DNA from: Syntrophales bacterium | Lineage (GTDB): Bacteria; Desulfobacterota; Syntrophia; Syntrophales; UBA4778 | Direction: 5' to 3' | NCBI GenBank assembly: GCA_963665615.2 | Contig: CAXXQE010000006.1 | Coordinates: forward strand, 124,001-188,000 | DNA: 64,000 nucleotides | Translations under genes and position numbers: made by a program | In this document: in pieces, positions 37,845 to 48,104 of the stretch | How positions within the stretch are numbered: the stretch's first letter is position 1 | Layout of the letters: every line of letters starts with the position of its first letter | The notes under the pieces: model-generated | Told to the model about the DNA's origin: nothing | Seen by the model: only the letters and a program-made list of their open reading frames with translations | Databases searched by the model: none

Positions 37845-38468
37845 TCAGGGCCAAGCCACTTCGACGCGACCCATCACACCCGTGAAAACAAGAATCCGTT
37901 TTTGCGTTCCCTGCATGGGGGCCGTCTGTTGTGGAAACCGGATCGTATAGAACTTGCCATGATAGGGCTCGACATAAGGATAGAACTGTTCGATTCGGGG
38001 ACTGACTTTTTTGATATGACGAATATCGATCGGATCGATGCGGCCGCCCTTGTCGTCCATCAGAAAAATCTTCCAGATGGAGTCTGGCTTGGCAAAATCA
38101 ATCGCATCGCTGTTTTGGCTGGAGGCATAGACATAAAAAACCATCTCTCCGTCGGCGGGAGGCAATACTTGATCCGAAGCCTTGCCCTCTGTCTCTTTCG
38201 GTGCAGCGGCATAGAGCCTCGCGGCTTCCTTTTCATAGGCCTGACAAAATTCTGGACTTGCGTAGGTAGCGACGATATAGGCGCGCGTCTCAAACTCAGA
38301 GTAGAGGACGGATTTCCGTGTCCACTGATCGAGCTGCCGGAGGTAGGTATCGGAAACACCCTGGTTCTTTGTGATATCCCAGTATTCGCTGACTACTGGC
38401 TTCATTTCGGCGCAACCCGCAAGGGCCATCGCTATCAGCACCATCATCGCAATAAAAACTGTTTTCAT
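37845..38468 (-). CDS. lipoprotein, function unknown
   Basis: Lipobox LAGC after a hydrophobic signal. Confidence 0.75.
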   Translation of the reverse strand: MKTVFIAMMVLIAMALAGCAEMKPVVSEYWDITKNQGVSDTYLRQLDQWTRKSVLYSEFETRAYIVATYASPEFCQAYEKEAARLYAAAPKETEGKASDQVLPPADGEMVFYVYASSQNSDAIDFAKPDSIWKIFLMDDKGGRIDPIDIRHIKKVSPRIEQFYPYVEPYHGKFYTIRFPQQTAPMQGTQKRILVFTGVMGRVEVAWP

Positions 38469-38488
38469 TTTCTTCTCCGGTATCGGTT

Positions 38489-38608
38489 ATGAATTCTTCC
38501 GCGAGCGCATTCCCCGTGGCTTGCCGCGGGGTAAACGAGCGAATCAGGACTAAACCTCTTTTCTGGGCATCGAAGACTCGCCAGCGCTTGCTCCGGGGAG
38601 TCTTCAAT
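38489..38608 (-). repeat. ~120-bp two-hairpin miniature element, copy C
   Basis: ATTGAAGACTCCCCGGAGCAAGCGCTGGCGAGTCTTC...CCCCGCGGCAAGCCACGGGG...TTCAT; the purB stop lies in its TTGA end. Confidence 0.8.
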
Positions 38609-39902
38609 CCTGATTAAACACCCTATTGAAAATGAAATCCACCTGGCTCAAGAAATTCTCTGTTCGGAAGCTGGCCTCCAAATCGGCCGCTTCCAGCCGC
38701 GCCATGACTTCGGCGTCGGCCAAGAGCAGTTCCTTGAACGCCAATCCCTCCTGCCAGCAGCGCATGGCATTGCGCTGTACCATGGCATAGGCCCGTTCGC
38801 GGGTTTCACCTTTGTCGATCAGTTTCAGCAGCACCATCTGCGAGAAAATCAGACCGCGTGTCAGGTTGAGGTTCGCCAGCATCCTGTCAGGGTAAACAAG
38901 CAGATTATCGATCAGCCGCGTAAAGCGATCAAGCATGAAGTCGAGCAGAATCGTGGCATCCGGCCCGATTACCCGTTCCACGGACGAATGACTGATATCG
39001 CGCTCATGCCACAGGGCGATGTCCTCCAAAGAGGCCATCGCGTAGGAACGCAGCAGGCGCGCCAGGCCGGAGAGGTTCTCCGAGAGAATCGGGTTGCGCT
39101 TGTGCGGCATCGCCGAAGATCCCTTCTGCCCCGGCGAGAAATACTCCTCGGCCTCGCGGACCTCGGTACGTTGCAAGTGGCGGATCTCCGTAGCGAACTT
39201 ATCGAGGGATGAACCGATAATCGCAATCGTCGTGAAAAACTCTGCATGACGATCACGCTGGACGATCTGCGTGGAAACGGGCGCGGGCTTCAAGCCGAGC
39301 TTGCAGCAGACCGTTTCTTCAATATTCGGATCGATAAAGGCGAAGGTACCAACCGCCCCGGAAATTTTTCCATAGGCGATGCCTTGCCGAGCCTGCACCA
39401 GCCGCTTGCGGTTACGACGCATCTCGTCGTACCAGAGCGCCATTTTGAGCCCGAAGGTAACAGGCTCAGCGTGAATGCCGTGCGATCGGCCGATCATCAG
39501 AGTGTCTTTATATTTCAGAGCCTGCTTCTTCAAAGCGGTCAACAGCGCGTCGATATCGGCGAGCAGCATATCCGCCGCATCACGAAGCAACATGGCGAGC
39601 GAGGTATCCAGAACATCGGAGGACGTCATTCCCATATGGATGAAGCGGGAATCTTCGCCGACCTTCTCCGAAACAGAGGTAAGGAAGGCAATAACATCGT
39701 GCTTGACTTCTTTCTCGATCTCGTCGATCCGCTGGACATCGAAGGCGGCCCGTTCCTTGATCGTCCTCAAGGAAGCCGCCGGAATCTCGCCCTTTTCACC
39801 ATAAGCATCACAGACAGCCAGCTCAATATCCAGCCACGTCCTGAATTTATTTTCCGGACTCCAGAGTGAAGCCATTTTTTCACGAGAATATCTCGAAATC
39901 AA
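38604..39902 (-). CDS. purB: adenylosuccinate lyase
   Basis: KHDVIAF, TSSDVLDT, GRSHGIHAEP, GSSAMPHKRNP; TTG start after AGGAGG. Confidence 0.97.
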   Translation of the reverse strand: MISRYSREKMASLWSPENKFRTWLDIELAVCDAYGEKGEIPAASLRTIKERAAFDVQRIDEIEKEVKHDVIAFLTSVSEKVGEDSRFIHMGMTSSDVLDTSLAMLLRDAADMLLADIDALLTALKKQALKYKDTLMIGRSHGIHAEPVTFGLKMALWYDEMRRNRKRLVQARQGIAYGKISGAVGTFAFIDPNIEETVCCKLGLKPAPVSTQIVQRDRHAEFFTTIAIIGSSLDKFATEIRHLQRTEVREAEEYFSPGQKGSSAMPHKRNPILSENLSGLARLLRSYAMASLEDIALWHERDISHSSVERVIGPDATILLDFMLDRFTRLIDNLLVYPDRMLANLNLTRGLIFSQMVLLKLIDKGETRERAYAMVQRNAMRCWQEGLAFKELLLADAEVMARLEAADLEASFRTENFLSQVDFIFNRVFNQD

Positions 39903-40032
39903 CCGTCTGCCTCCTGATAATCGTCTCTTTAAGGATACGTCACTGAAATGATCTGTGCTGTCACCGCTCGGCAATTTATTATGAGTATATCAATGGAGTC
40001 AAGGCTTTTCATCGACCAGAGTTCCTTGGTGC

Positions 40033-40677
40033 TTAGATGAAAACTTCACCTTGAAGCACAGGGCAGACAGCGGAAATCTCCTTCAGAAAAGAATCCCGCC
40101 CTGCAAAACAGATCGCTTTCAAACCCAGTGTTTGCGCCGTTTCGCAGTGCTTCCGGGTGTCGTCCACAAAAAGTAACCGGTTTGGCTCGCAATTCAAACA
40201 TGCCAAGACATCAGAAAAATGAGACAACTCATGCTTCGTCTTACCGAGATAATAACTGTTGAAGACCGCCTCAAAGTAATGAAAAAAATGATCACGCGCG
40301 TTCAACTCGTCAAGCCAATTGGTTTGATCACTGAGAATAGCCGCACCAATGCCGGCTTCGGTGAGTTTCCGAACGATCGCAATCATCCAGGGCCTCAGAA
40401 TGAATCGGGAGAGAATATCGGCACGAAGCACCGCGTCTTCCTCGCGAATGCCTGTGCTTTCCCGAACCGCTTGCCAAAACGCAGATTCTGTCGCCTTTCC
40501 GACAATATAGCCTGTTTTATAAATCAGGGCATGGACTGTTGAATAAAACGCCTCTTCGTCAAGACCGTTTCTTGCCGCAATCGCGCGGAGCCCCTTGGCA
40601 AATCCCTCCTCCGCAAGAACACCGCCGAAATCAAACAGCACCAGATCGATAGCGCTTTGAGCCTCACGAATCACCAT
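40033..40677 (-). CDS. HAD-family phosphatase
   Basis: FDFGGVL, LSD, FVDD. Confidence 0.85.
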   Translation of the reverse strand: MVIREAQSAIDLVLFDFGGVLAEEGFAKGLRAIAARNGLDEEAFYSTVHALIYKTGYIVGKATESAFWQAVRESTGIREEDAVLRADILSRFILRPWMIAIVRKLTEAGIGAAILSDQTNWLDELNARDHFFHYFEAVFNSYYLGKTKHELSHFSDVLACLNCEPNRLLFVDDTRKHCETAQTLGLKAICFAGRDSFLKEISAVCPVLQGEVFI

Positions 40678-41016
40678 ATAAAGGGCTGCTTTCCTTTCGC
40701 ATAGCTATAAAATTGATTATTTTACCTATTAATACGGACTACGACCACTCTTATTTGTGTACCGCCGGTAATCAGAATGGACCATCCATCAGAACCTCTT
40801 TTTTTGTGCTCTTGCGTCTTAATACTCTCTTCCGCCATATGCTCCACAAAGAACATTCGACGGAATTGTCGAAACCAGACAGAAATCAAAAAAACTGATA
40901 TCTATTTGATATTAAAACATTTTTTAAGAATCCTCCCCGTCAGATCGAATCGACATTTTTTTCCACCGCTTTGGCCTATTTTAGAGCATTTATGCGAATT
41001 TATTAAGTTATTTTAT

Positions 41017-41032
41017 TGGCACACCTGTTGCA
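41017..41032 (+). promoter_or_regulatory. sigma54 promoter (perfect consensus)
   Basis: TGGCACACCTGTTGCA. Confidence 0.85.
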
Positions 41033-41042
41033 TTTAATAAAG

Positions 41043-41140
41043 TCAATCGAGATGGAAAGCAAGACACGTATCGCATTCCTCCGAACTTAGCTCTTCATTT
41101 TCACCCTGGGGAGGCCTGATGGCCTCCCCCTTCCCTTTTT
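41043..41140 (+). ncRNA. candidate sigma54-dependent small RNA
   Basis: Lies between the sigma54 promoter and the hairpin GGGGAGGCC-TGAT-GGCCTCCCC with a pyrimidine/U tail; contains UUCCUCC. Confidence 0.55.
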
Positions 41141-41322
41141 ATAGGCTTTTTCGCCAGAATAATTCTCAACACAATTCAAGGTGCTTTTACAAAGGTTGTG
41201 ACGCTCTATTGGAAGCCGTCACTAAGCTCATTCCCCTTGGTGGCTTGCTGCAATATAAGCGCGGGATCTTCAATATTGACAGTATCCGCCCCATCATATA
41301 GAAGAGGGGCGGGCAAAAAACA

Positions 41323-41859
41323 ATGAAACTTCTAAAAATAGAATCTGAAACACATATTCCCAAACAACACATCCATTCGCCAATTGGCGCGTTGCTTCGC
41401 TATCAGAATCTGGATACACCGTTTAACATCCATATTGAAGCCAAGCTGCTGATAGGCATGTGCATGGACAACCGTAAGCAACTTCGCATTCCTGAAAACT
41501 TCGCTTATATTATCCGTACCGGCGGCGGCAATCTACGCTATAGTGAGTTCAAAGTATCTTACGCCATCGCCATCGGCGACGTTCGCCATATCGCTCTTAT
41601 CGCGCACAATCATTGTGGTATGGTGAACCTCGTTTCCCGCAAGGAACAGTTCATTGATGGACTATGCCGTAATGCTTCTTGGGACAGAGTCCGTGCGGAA
41701 CAACACTTTTTAAACTACGCTCCCATGTTCGAGATTGACAATGAACTCGAATTCGCTGTCGAAGAAGCGAAACGTCTCTCAAAAAAATACCGCGGCATTA
41801 CAATTGTTCCGTTATTATACACTTTGGAAGACAACAAACTCAGCCTGATTATTGAATGA
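41323..41859 (+). CDS. beta-class carbonic anhydrase-like protein
   Basis: CMDNR and HxxC (HNHCGM) Zn-ligand motifs, RTGG. Confidence 0.8.
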   Translation: MKLLKIESETHIPKQHIHSPIGALLRYQNLDTPFNIHIEAKLLIGMCMDNRKQLRIPENFAYIIRTGGGNLRYSEFKVSYAIAIGDVRHIALIAHNHCGMVNLVSRKEQFIDGLCRNASWDRVRAEQHFLNYAPMFEIDNELEFAVEEAKRLSKKYRGITIVPLLYTLEDNKLSLIIE

Positions 41860-41890
41860 GTGCTTTCAATGCACATCCGAAAGGAAACCC

Positions 41891-42716
41891 ATGACCTTTT
41901 TATCTATCGATCAAAACAAATGCAAGCGCGATGGAATTTGCACAGCGGTCTGCCCGATAGGGTTGATCATGCAGAAAGATGATGCCACCTTGCCGACATC
42001 GATTCCCTTTGCATCGCGAGCCTGCATCCGTTGCGGCCACTGCGTATCCGCCTGCCCTTATGGCGCGCTCTCGAATTCATTCATCACTCCGGAACAATGT
42101 ACGCCGATTCGCCGTGAATGGCTCCTTTCGCCGGAACAGACAGAGCACTACCTGAAGATTCGCCGTTCTATCCGGGCCTATACATCGGATTGCGTCAGTC
42201 GAGAAACACTGACACGACTGATCGAGACGGCTCGCTATGCCCCTTCCGGTCACAACAGCCAACCGGTACACTGGCGGATCCTGTATAGCCCCGCTGAGGT
42301 TGAACGGTCGGCCAGCCTCGTTATTGACTGGATGCGCGCCATGATGACAGAGCGCCCCGAATTTGCCAATACGCTTCACCTCGGTAAGACAATTGAAAAA
42401 TGGGAGTCCGGCCGCGATCCCGTCTGCCGCCGCGCCCCCTCATATCGTTCTGACGCACGCATCGAAAAAAAATCTCTTTGCACCTAGTGCGGCGACCCTG
42501 GCGCTCGCCTACTTCGAATTGGCAGCCCCTGCTTTCGGCCTGGGCGCCTGCTGGGCCGGGTATTTCAACATGGCGGCCAGTGCCTGGCGGCCATTGCAGG
42601 AGGCATTGGACTTGCCCTCTGATCATATCTGCCTGGGCGCTCTTCTCGTCGGCTTTCCAAAGTACCCTTTTTACAAAATCCCCCCCCGAAATTCGCCCGA
42701 AATCACCTGGCGCTAA
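41891..42716 (+). pseudogene. 4Fe-4S/nitroreductase fusion, frameshifted
   Basis: Ferredoxin motifs, RRSIR and APSGHNSQP in one frame; HIVLTH...GLGACWAG in another; the shift is at the C-run 42435-42439. Confidence 0.8.
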
Positions 42717-42733
42717 ATCGGCAAAAGACCAAA

Positions 42734-42765
42734 AAAAAACCCGGACCTTTCGATCCGGGTTTTTT
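42734..42765. terminator. bidirectional rho-independent terminator
   Basis: A-run, CCCGGA-N6-TCCGGG, T-run between convergent genes. Confidence 0.85.
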
Positions 42766-42783
42766 GTCATCGTCATTTAACGC

Positions 42784-43968
42784 TTACTTTTTCCATGCAT
42801 CCGGTCCGTAGCTGGCGGGCAGGATGGCCTGGGCGGGCCATTCGGCCGGGGTGCGCTGGCCGGGCTGCTCGCCTTCCTTCTCCACGAGCTTCTTGAGGCC
42901 CGGGCGGGCGAACTTCATGTGGCCTTCCTTCAGTGTCCGGCCGTTAATGATCGCCTCCGAGCGCAGACGGGCGCCAATGGTCTTCTCCATCCGCTTTCCA
43001 AGCCACAGCACGCGGTTAACGTCATATCCGTGCTGAATTCCCAGTTCATCAATCTGAACGAGCAAGTCTTCGGTGCAAATAAGGCCGACGTAGCGCGGAT
43101 CGTCGTAGTAGTACTCGCCGGTGCCCTTGATCGGGGTGTCGTCGAGGAAGTTGGCAGGCTGTCCCCCTTGGCCGCCCAGGGTCGATTCGAAGCGGCAGAT
43201 ACCCGCCTGAAGCGCTGCCAGAATCGACGAAGACGCAACGCGCTTGGTCTCATGCAGATGGCACAGATGCGCCTCCGGATTCGGCATGGCATCGAGCACC
43301 ATGGAGAAATACCGGTAAACCTCGGCGGCGTTTGCGGAACCGTCGTGATCGGCATGCTCGATGTCGTAAGCGCCTATTGAGAGCCAGCGCTTGGTGAACT
43401 CGACGGCATCCTCGAGCTTGGTAGCGCCGCTAATCGGGCTGCCCCAGATCGTGCTGACCGTACCGCACATCTTGATGCCGGCATCGGCGGCCTTCTTGAT
43501 GCAGCGTTCGGCTTCACGCCAGTACTGGGACAGGGTGGTTCCGGAGTTGGCGAAGTGATGCTCGGGGTCAGTGGAGACCATCATCAGGATGCGGTCGGGA
43601 CCGTAACCGGCCTTCTTCATCTCGATGGCGCGATCGACTGCCGTCTCGCGGATGGAGACGCAGGTCAAGGTGACATCCTTGTCGATGTCGATCCCCTTCT
43701 TGGCGGCGCGTTTACGGAATTCGTCGCTGCGCATGGCCTTCATCACCTCATCGGCATCCTTGAACTGCGGCGTCGTCCGGGGCGAACCGAGGTTCGTCAC
43801 TTCCAGTTCGCGGCATCCAGCCAGAATCAACTCCTGACCATAGAAAATCTTGGCCTCGGTGGAAATGAATTTCTCCGAGTGTTGAAACCCGTCACGGATA
43901 GTGATATCGCCGATCATTACTTTTTTTGGCATTCTCGGAAAAATCTTCCAGTAATCATACTCTGTCAT
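42784..43968 (-). CDS. HMG-CoA lyase-like DRE-TIM metallolyase
   Basis: DITIRDGFQ and HLHET motifs; lies after the hydratase and carboxyltransferase genes. Confidence 0.75.
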   Translation of the reverse strand: MTEYDYWKIFPRMPKKVMIGDITIRDGFQHSEKFISTEAKIFYGQELILAGCRELEVTNLGSPRTTPQFKDADEVMKAMRSDEFRKRAAKKGIDIDKDVTLTCVSIRETAVDRAIEMKKAGYGPDRILMMVSTDPEHHFANSGTTLSQYWREAERCIKKAADAGIKMCGTVSTIWGSPISGATKLEDAVEFTKRWLSIGAYDIEHADHDGSANAAEVYRYFSMVLDAMPNPEAHLCHLHETKRVASSSILAALQAGICRFESTLGGQGGQPANFLDDTPIKGTGEYYYDDPRYVGLICTEDLLVQIDELGIQHGYDVNRVLWLGKRMEKTIGARLRSEAIINGRTLKEGHMKFARPGLKKLVEKEGEQPGQRTPAEWPAQAILPASYGPDAWKK

Positions 43969-44046
43969 AAGGTATCTCCCTCTCTTGATTGTTCGTTGCT
44001 TAAAGCCCGAGCGCGGCGCCTTACCCTTCCGTACTCAGGTCAACCA

Positions 44047-44844
44047 TTACTCTCCCGTAAAGACCGGCTTGCGCTTTTCAGCAAAGGCCACGAGCGCCTC
44101 TGTACGATCCTTCGTCGGGATCACAACCTCATAGGCCTTGGATTCCAGCGGCAGAGCCACGCCAAGGCTGGCTTCCATACCATAGTTGATGGCAAATTTC
44201 GCCTGCGCAAGAGCGATTGGACCGTTCTTTGCGATCTCGCGGGCCAGCGACAAGGCCTCATCCATCAATTTCTCGCGCTCGACCACCTTGTTGACAAGAC
44301 CGATCTCCAGAGCCGTTTGGGCATTGATGCGGCGCGCCGTAAAGATCAGCTCCTTGGCCTTCGCCATACCGACGATTCTCGGAAGCCGCTGCGTGCCGCC
44401 AGCGCCCGGAATGACCGCCAGGCTCGTCTCCGTCAGCCCCATCACCACGTTGGAGGAAGCAATGCGGAGATCGCTCGCCAACGCGATTTCCGTTCCACCG
44501 CCAAAGGCAAAGCCGTTGATCGCCGAGATGACCGGCACCTTGACCTGCTCCACGGCCGTGAAGAGATTGCGGATCGTGAAGATAAAGCGCTTGACCTGAT
44601 CCGGCGTCATGGTCCGTCTTTCGATCAGATCCGCTCCCGTCGAAAACGCCTCTTTCTTGGGATCGCCGGTGCTGGCGCCCGTAATGATGATGCATCTCAA
44701 CGTGTTGTCAAAGTTGGCCTCCCGAATGACATCTCCCAGCGCACCCAGGAGTTCCATGTTAAAACAATTCATGGCCTCCGGCCTGTTCAACGTCAGAATC
44801 AGAATGCCGTCTTCGGTTCTTTCCTGCAGTAAAACATTTCCCAT
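44047..44844 (-). CDS. enoyl-CoA hydratase, probable methylglutaconyl-CoA hydratase
   Basis: FSTGADL, FAFGGGTE, GLTETSLAVIPGAGGTQRLPR; gene context. Confidence 0.85.
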   Translation of the reverse strand: MGNVLLQERTEDGILILTLNRPEAMNCFNMELLGALGDVIREANFDNTLRCIIITGASTGDPKKEAFSTGADLIERRTMTPDQVKRFIFTIRNLFTAVEQVKVPVISAINGFAFGGGTEIALASDLRIASSNVVMGLTETSLAVIPGAGGTQRLPRIVGMAKAKELIFTARRINAQTALEIGLVNKVVEREKLMDEALSLAREIAKNGPIALAQAKFAINYGMEASLGVALPLESKAYEVVIPTKDRTEALVAFAEKRKPVFTGE

Positions 44845-45032
44845 TTTTTAACCTCCGATGTTTGAGAGACCCCGCTGCAGCGGCAGTGGGATCTCAATCA
44901 ACACAAATTTCTGACCAGGTTACACGTTTAATCGCCGCGTCACTCGAGTCGGGCCCGTGAGCTGATGCTTTTTCTGCCAGTCACCCGTAACCCGTCACTT
45001 GTTACCGCGGCGTTAGCCGCTCCAAGAGCGCC

Positions 45033-46703
45033 TTATACCTTCATGTCGCCCCAGTGAGACACGTTCATCGGCACGCGCAGCGCGATTTCAAAGGCTCTAG
45101 CGATTCTGTCGCGGGCCTCGCTGTAAGCGATGACGCCGTCGTGGAAGAGGACCGAACCGGTGTAGAAGGGATGCCCTTCCTGGTCGTAGCGATCACGCAT
45201 CTTCTCGCGGAACGCGGCCATTTCTTCCTCATTAATCGGCTCCCCTTTGATTTCGAGGTTCTTGCGGCGAAGCGTCTCCAGAACAAAGCCGGCAGTGTTG
45301 CCCGACATAACGGTGGTACGACCGCGCATGTTGGTGAAGGCAAAACGTGGCTTGAAGGCGCGTCCGCACATCCCGTAGTTGGCGGCGCCGTGATCGGGGC
45401 CGATGACGTAGGTGACCTTCGGCGTTTCCAGGCAGGAGCAGGCGCGGACCATGTCGGCGCCGTACTTGCCGATACCGCCCCATTCCTCGGCCTTGCCGAC
45501 CATGTAGCCGGGGGAGCCCTGGAGGAAGAGGACCGGCAGCTTGGAGTTGCCGCAGCGGATCATCCACTCGGTGGCCTTACGGGCGGCTTCAATGTAGATG
45601 ATGCCGCTGGCGTTGGAGGCGATGACACCGATTGGGATGCCTTTGATCCACATCTTGCCGCACACGATCGCGTCGCCGCGGCCCGGACCGTACTTGGGCT
45701 TGTATTCATGGAAGTAGCTGTCGTCGGCCAGACACTTGATGGTGTCCTTGATGTTGATGTGGTTGTAGGTGTTGGAAGGCGAAGAAGCCATCATTTCCTT
45801 GACGTCGAACTTCGGCTCTCTGGTCTCGCGACGATCGATGTAGAGCGACTGCTTGGGCTCGAATTCCATCATGGCGCGGATCTTCTCGATGCCCTCTGCC
45901 TGGGTGCGGACGAAGTGGTCGCAACCGCCGGAATGCTGGGTATGGACGTAGGCGCCGCCCAGGTCTTCCGGGGTGACGTCCTCGCCGATCGCGGACTTGA
46001 CCATCGGGGGGCCCGCCAGAAAGGCATAGGCCATCTTTTCGATCATGATGGATTCGGTGGCCAGATAAACGATATAGGCGCCGCCGGCCGTGTTGCCGCC
46101 CGTGGACATGGTGTACTGCTTGATGCCCTTGGCGGACATCCGGCACATGTTGTAGAACATGGTGCCGAAATGACCGTCATCGGCGAAGCAGCCCACCTGA
46201 AGCGGCAGGTTGATGCCGCCCGAGTCGGCCAGGTAGATGCAGGGCAGACCGCACTGCTCGGCAATCGCCTGGGCGCGCATGTGCTTCTTGAGGGTGATGG
46301 GGAAGTAGGTTCCCGCCGAATAGCGGTTCTCGTTGGCAAAGATCATGCAATCCTTGCCCTGCACGATGCCGACACCGGTGATCACGCCGCCGCCCGGAAT
46401 GCTCTTGTGGCCTTCCGCGCCGTAGGCATCGCCGCCGAACAGCCTGCGGGTGCTGATGTCGAAACCGGCATCGAGGCCCAGTTCAAAGAACTCGGTGCCC
46501 GGATCGATCAGCATCTTGACGAGTTCGCGCATGGGCTTCTTGCCCTGCTTGGCCAGACGCTCGACCTGCTTTTCGCCGCCGATGTTATAGGCCTCTTCAC
46601 GATGCTTAATAAGCAAGGCGTCCTGTTCCTCCCAGTGACGCAGGTTGGCCTCGCGTTCCATCTGCAACCGCTCAGCTCTTGAAAGTTTTTTTTCTTCAGC
46701 CAT
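45033..46703 (-). CDS. acyl-CoA carboxyltransferase subunit (methylcrotonyl-CoA carboxylase beta-like)
   Basis: KKHMRAQAIA, LADSGG, TAGGAY, FLAGPP, GAANYGMCGRA. Confidence 0.9.
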   Translation of the reverse strand: MAEEKKLSRAERLQMEREANLRHWEEQDALLIKHREEAYNIGGEKQVERLAKQGKKPMRELVKMLIDPGTEFFELGLDAGFDISTRRLFGGDAYGAEGHKSIPGGGVITGVGIVQGKDCMIFANENRYSAGTYFPITLKKHMRAQAIAEQCGLPCIYLADSGGINLPLQVGCFADDGHFGTMFYNMCRMSAKGIKQYTMSTGGNTAGGAYIVYLATESIMIEKMAYAFLAGPPMVKSAIGEDVTPEDLGGAYVHTQHSGGCDHFVRTQAEGIEKIRAMMEFEPKQSLYIDRRETREPKFDVKEMMASSPSNTYNHINIKDTIKCLADDSYFHEYKPKYGPGRGDAIVCGKMWIKGIPIGVIASNASGIIYIEAARKATEWMIRCGNSKLPVLFLQGSPGYMVGKAEEWGGIGKYGADMVRACSCLETPKVTYVIGPDHGAANYGMCGRAFKPRFAFTNMRGRTTVMSGNTAGFVLETLRRKNLEIKGEPINEEEMAAFREKMRDRYDQEGHPFYTGSVLFHDGVIAYSEARDRIARAFEIALRVPMNVSHWGDMKV

Positions 46704-46815
46704 TTGTATTTTCCCCTCTCTGCCGTGTGATAGTCATTTTCACAAGTAAGCCAACCCGACCGGGCTGGTTTTATCAAACTGATTCACTATGCTCAGGCCA
46801 TTTCCCTGCCGCAGC

Positions 46816-47625
46816 CTAAATTGCTATCACCTGAAGGGGCGCAGCAATAATTTCACAGGGCGGCAAGCTGTCCCTGTAGCGAGTCATGATCCTTTCCGAA
46901 AGCCGCCTAAAACCGTATCTATCGTCCTCTTCAAAAGGGACATGGTACATGATCGCCCGATCCGGACTAATTAGGCTCATCAATTGCCTGCCCGACCGCA
47001 ATTGAAAATGCAGCGGATTAAAAAAGGCAACGTCTACATGCTCCCCCTCCAGCATTTCTTTCTGGAATCGGTCGGTATGATCAGCATCGCTGGAAATATA
47101 AATCTGCCGCTCTCCAATCGTAATGAGGAAACTGTAATGATTCACCTCGGTCATATCACTGCAATGTGGTGTCCGATAATACCGCACCCGGATATCTCCG
47201 AAAACCTGTTCCCCCTTGACTCCTACAGGCAGTAGCATATCGACAACCCGAACCCCGGCCGCATCGGCCTCCGCTCGGACAATCGCCGATTCTCCAAGAC
47301 GGTCTTCTGGCAGGCAAAGCGCGCCGATAGGGTTTCCTTTGAGACAAGCCACGGTTCTCGGACCGCTGTAATGGTCCCGATGGTAGTGACTGAAGAGCAC
47401 CGCGTCGATGCCGCTGAACTCTTCCTTGCCATTGACAATCCGGGTCATGATCTCTTCGGGAACAGGGGTAAAAAGATCCTTCGCCTGAAAAGGATCGTGG
47501 CACGACAGGCGACGGTTACCTGAATTTTGAATTTCGTAAATCCCGTCTATCAGAATCCTTGCCCGCTCGGTTCGGATAAGGAGCCCGGCATTGGAAATCA
47601 CTACGATTTCTATTTTACGATACAT
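46816..47625 (-). CDS. MBL-fold metallo-hydrolase
   Basis: NAG, ILIDG, SHYHRDH. Confidence 0.8.
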   Translation of the reverse strand: MYRKIEIVVISNAGLLIRTERARILIDGIYEIQNSGNRRLSCHDPFQAKDLFTPVPEEIMTRIVNGKEEFSGIDAVLFSHYHRDHYSGPRTVACLKGNPIGALCLPEDRLGESAIVRAEADAAGVRVVDMLLPVGVKGEQVFGDIRVRYYRTPHCSDMTEVNHYSFLITIGERQIYISSDADHTDRFQKEMLEGEHVDVAFFNPLHFQLRSGRQLMSLISPDRAIMYHVPFEEDDRYGFRRLSERIMTRYRDSLPPCEIIAAPLQVIAI

Positions 47626-47865
47626 TGCTTCTCACGATTGGCCTGACGGATCGCAGCCTCGGTAAAACCCTCCAGGCCCCCTCACGTCGATAGACCGGCA
47701 GGACAATCGCCATCAAAGCCTTGGGCAATAGCGCGTTTTTCGTCTTCAGGATATTTAAGAGCAACGTCACAACTCGCCCGTCCCCGGCAACGTCTATCGC
47801 CCGCCATCTCAACCCTTATGTACCAATATATTCGTATAATTGAACGGCAAAATTTTGTCAATGCC

Positions 47866-47909
47866 GTATTGGAGATTCTCTGGAGTACGCGCCCGAGAAT
47901 CTCCAATAC
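47866..47909. other. 15-bp perfect inverted repeat
   Basis: GTATTGGAGATTCTC-N14-GAGAATCTCCAATAC; a similar hairpin lies near 49017-49064. Confidence 0.5.
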
Positions 47910-48104
47910 CAGAGAAAAATTTTAGACATAATGCGCGCGGGGTCGGATTCGGAATATTGACGGCTTTACACCTCCCCAAAATCCCCGCGGAGGCATTCCC
48001 AACACGCAGAAAAAAAGCCTGCAATCGGAAACTTACTCCGACGGCAGGCCCGGAATGGGAAACTTTGAAGCTGTATGGGGAACCACGATCGGACCCCCTT
48101 CACC

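Noticed and set aside
41051..41089. 12-aa ORF MESKTRIAFLRT as the main product
   Set aside because: No convincing RBS; kept only as an alternative to the sRNA model
43555..46682. 425-aa and 542-aa plus-strand ORFs
   Set aside because: Antisense shadows of strongly codon-biased liu-like genes
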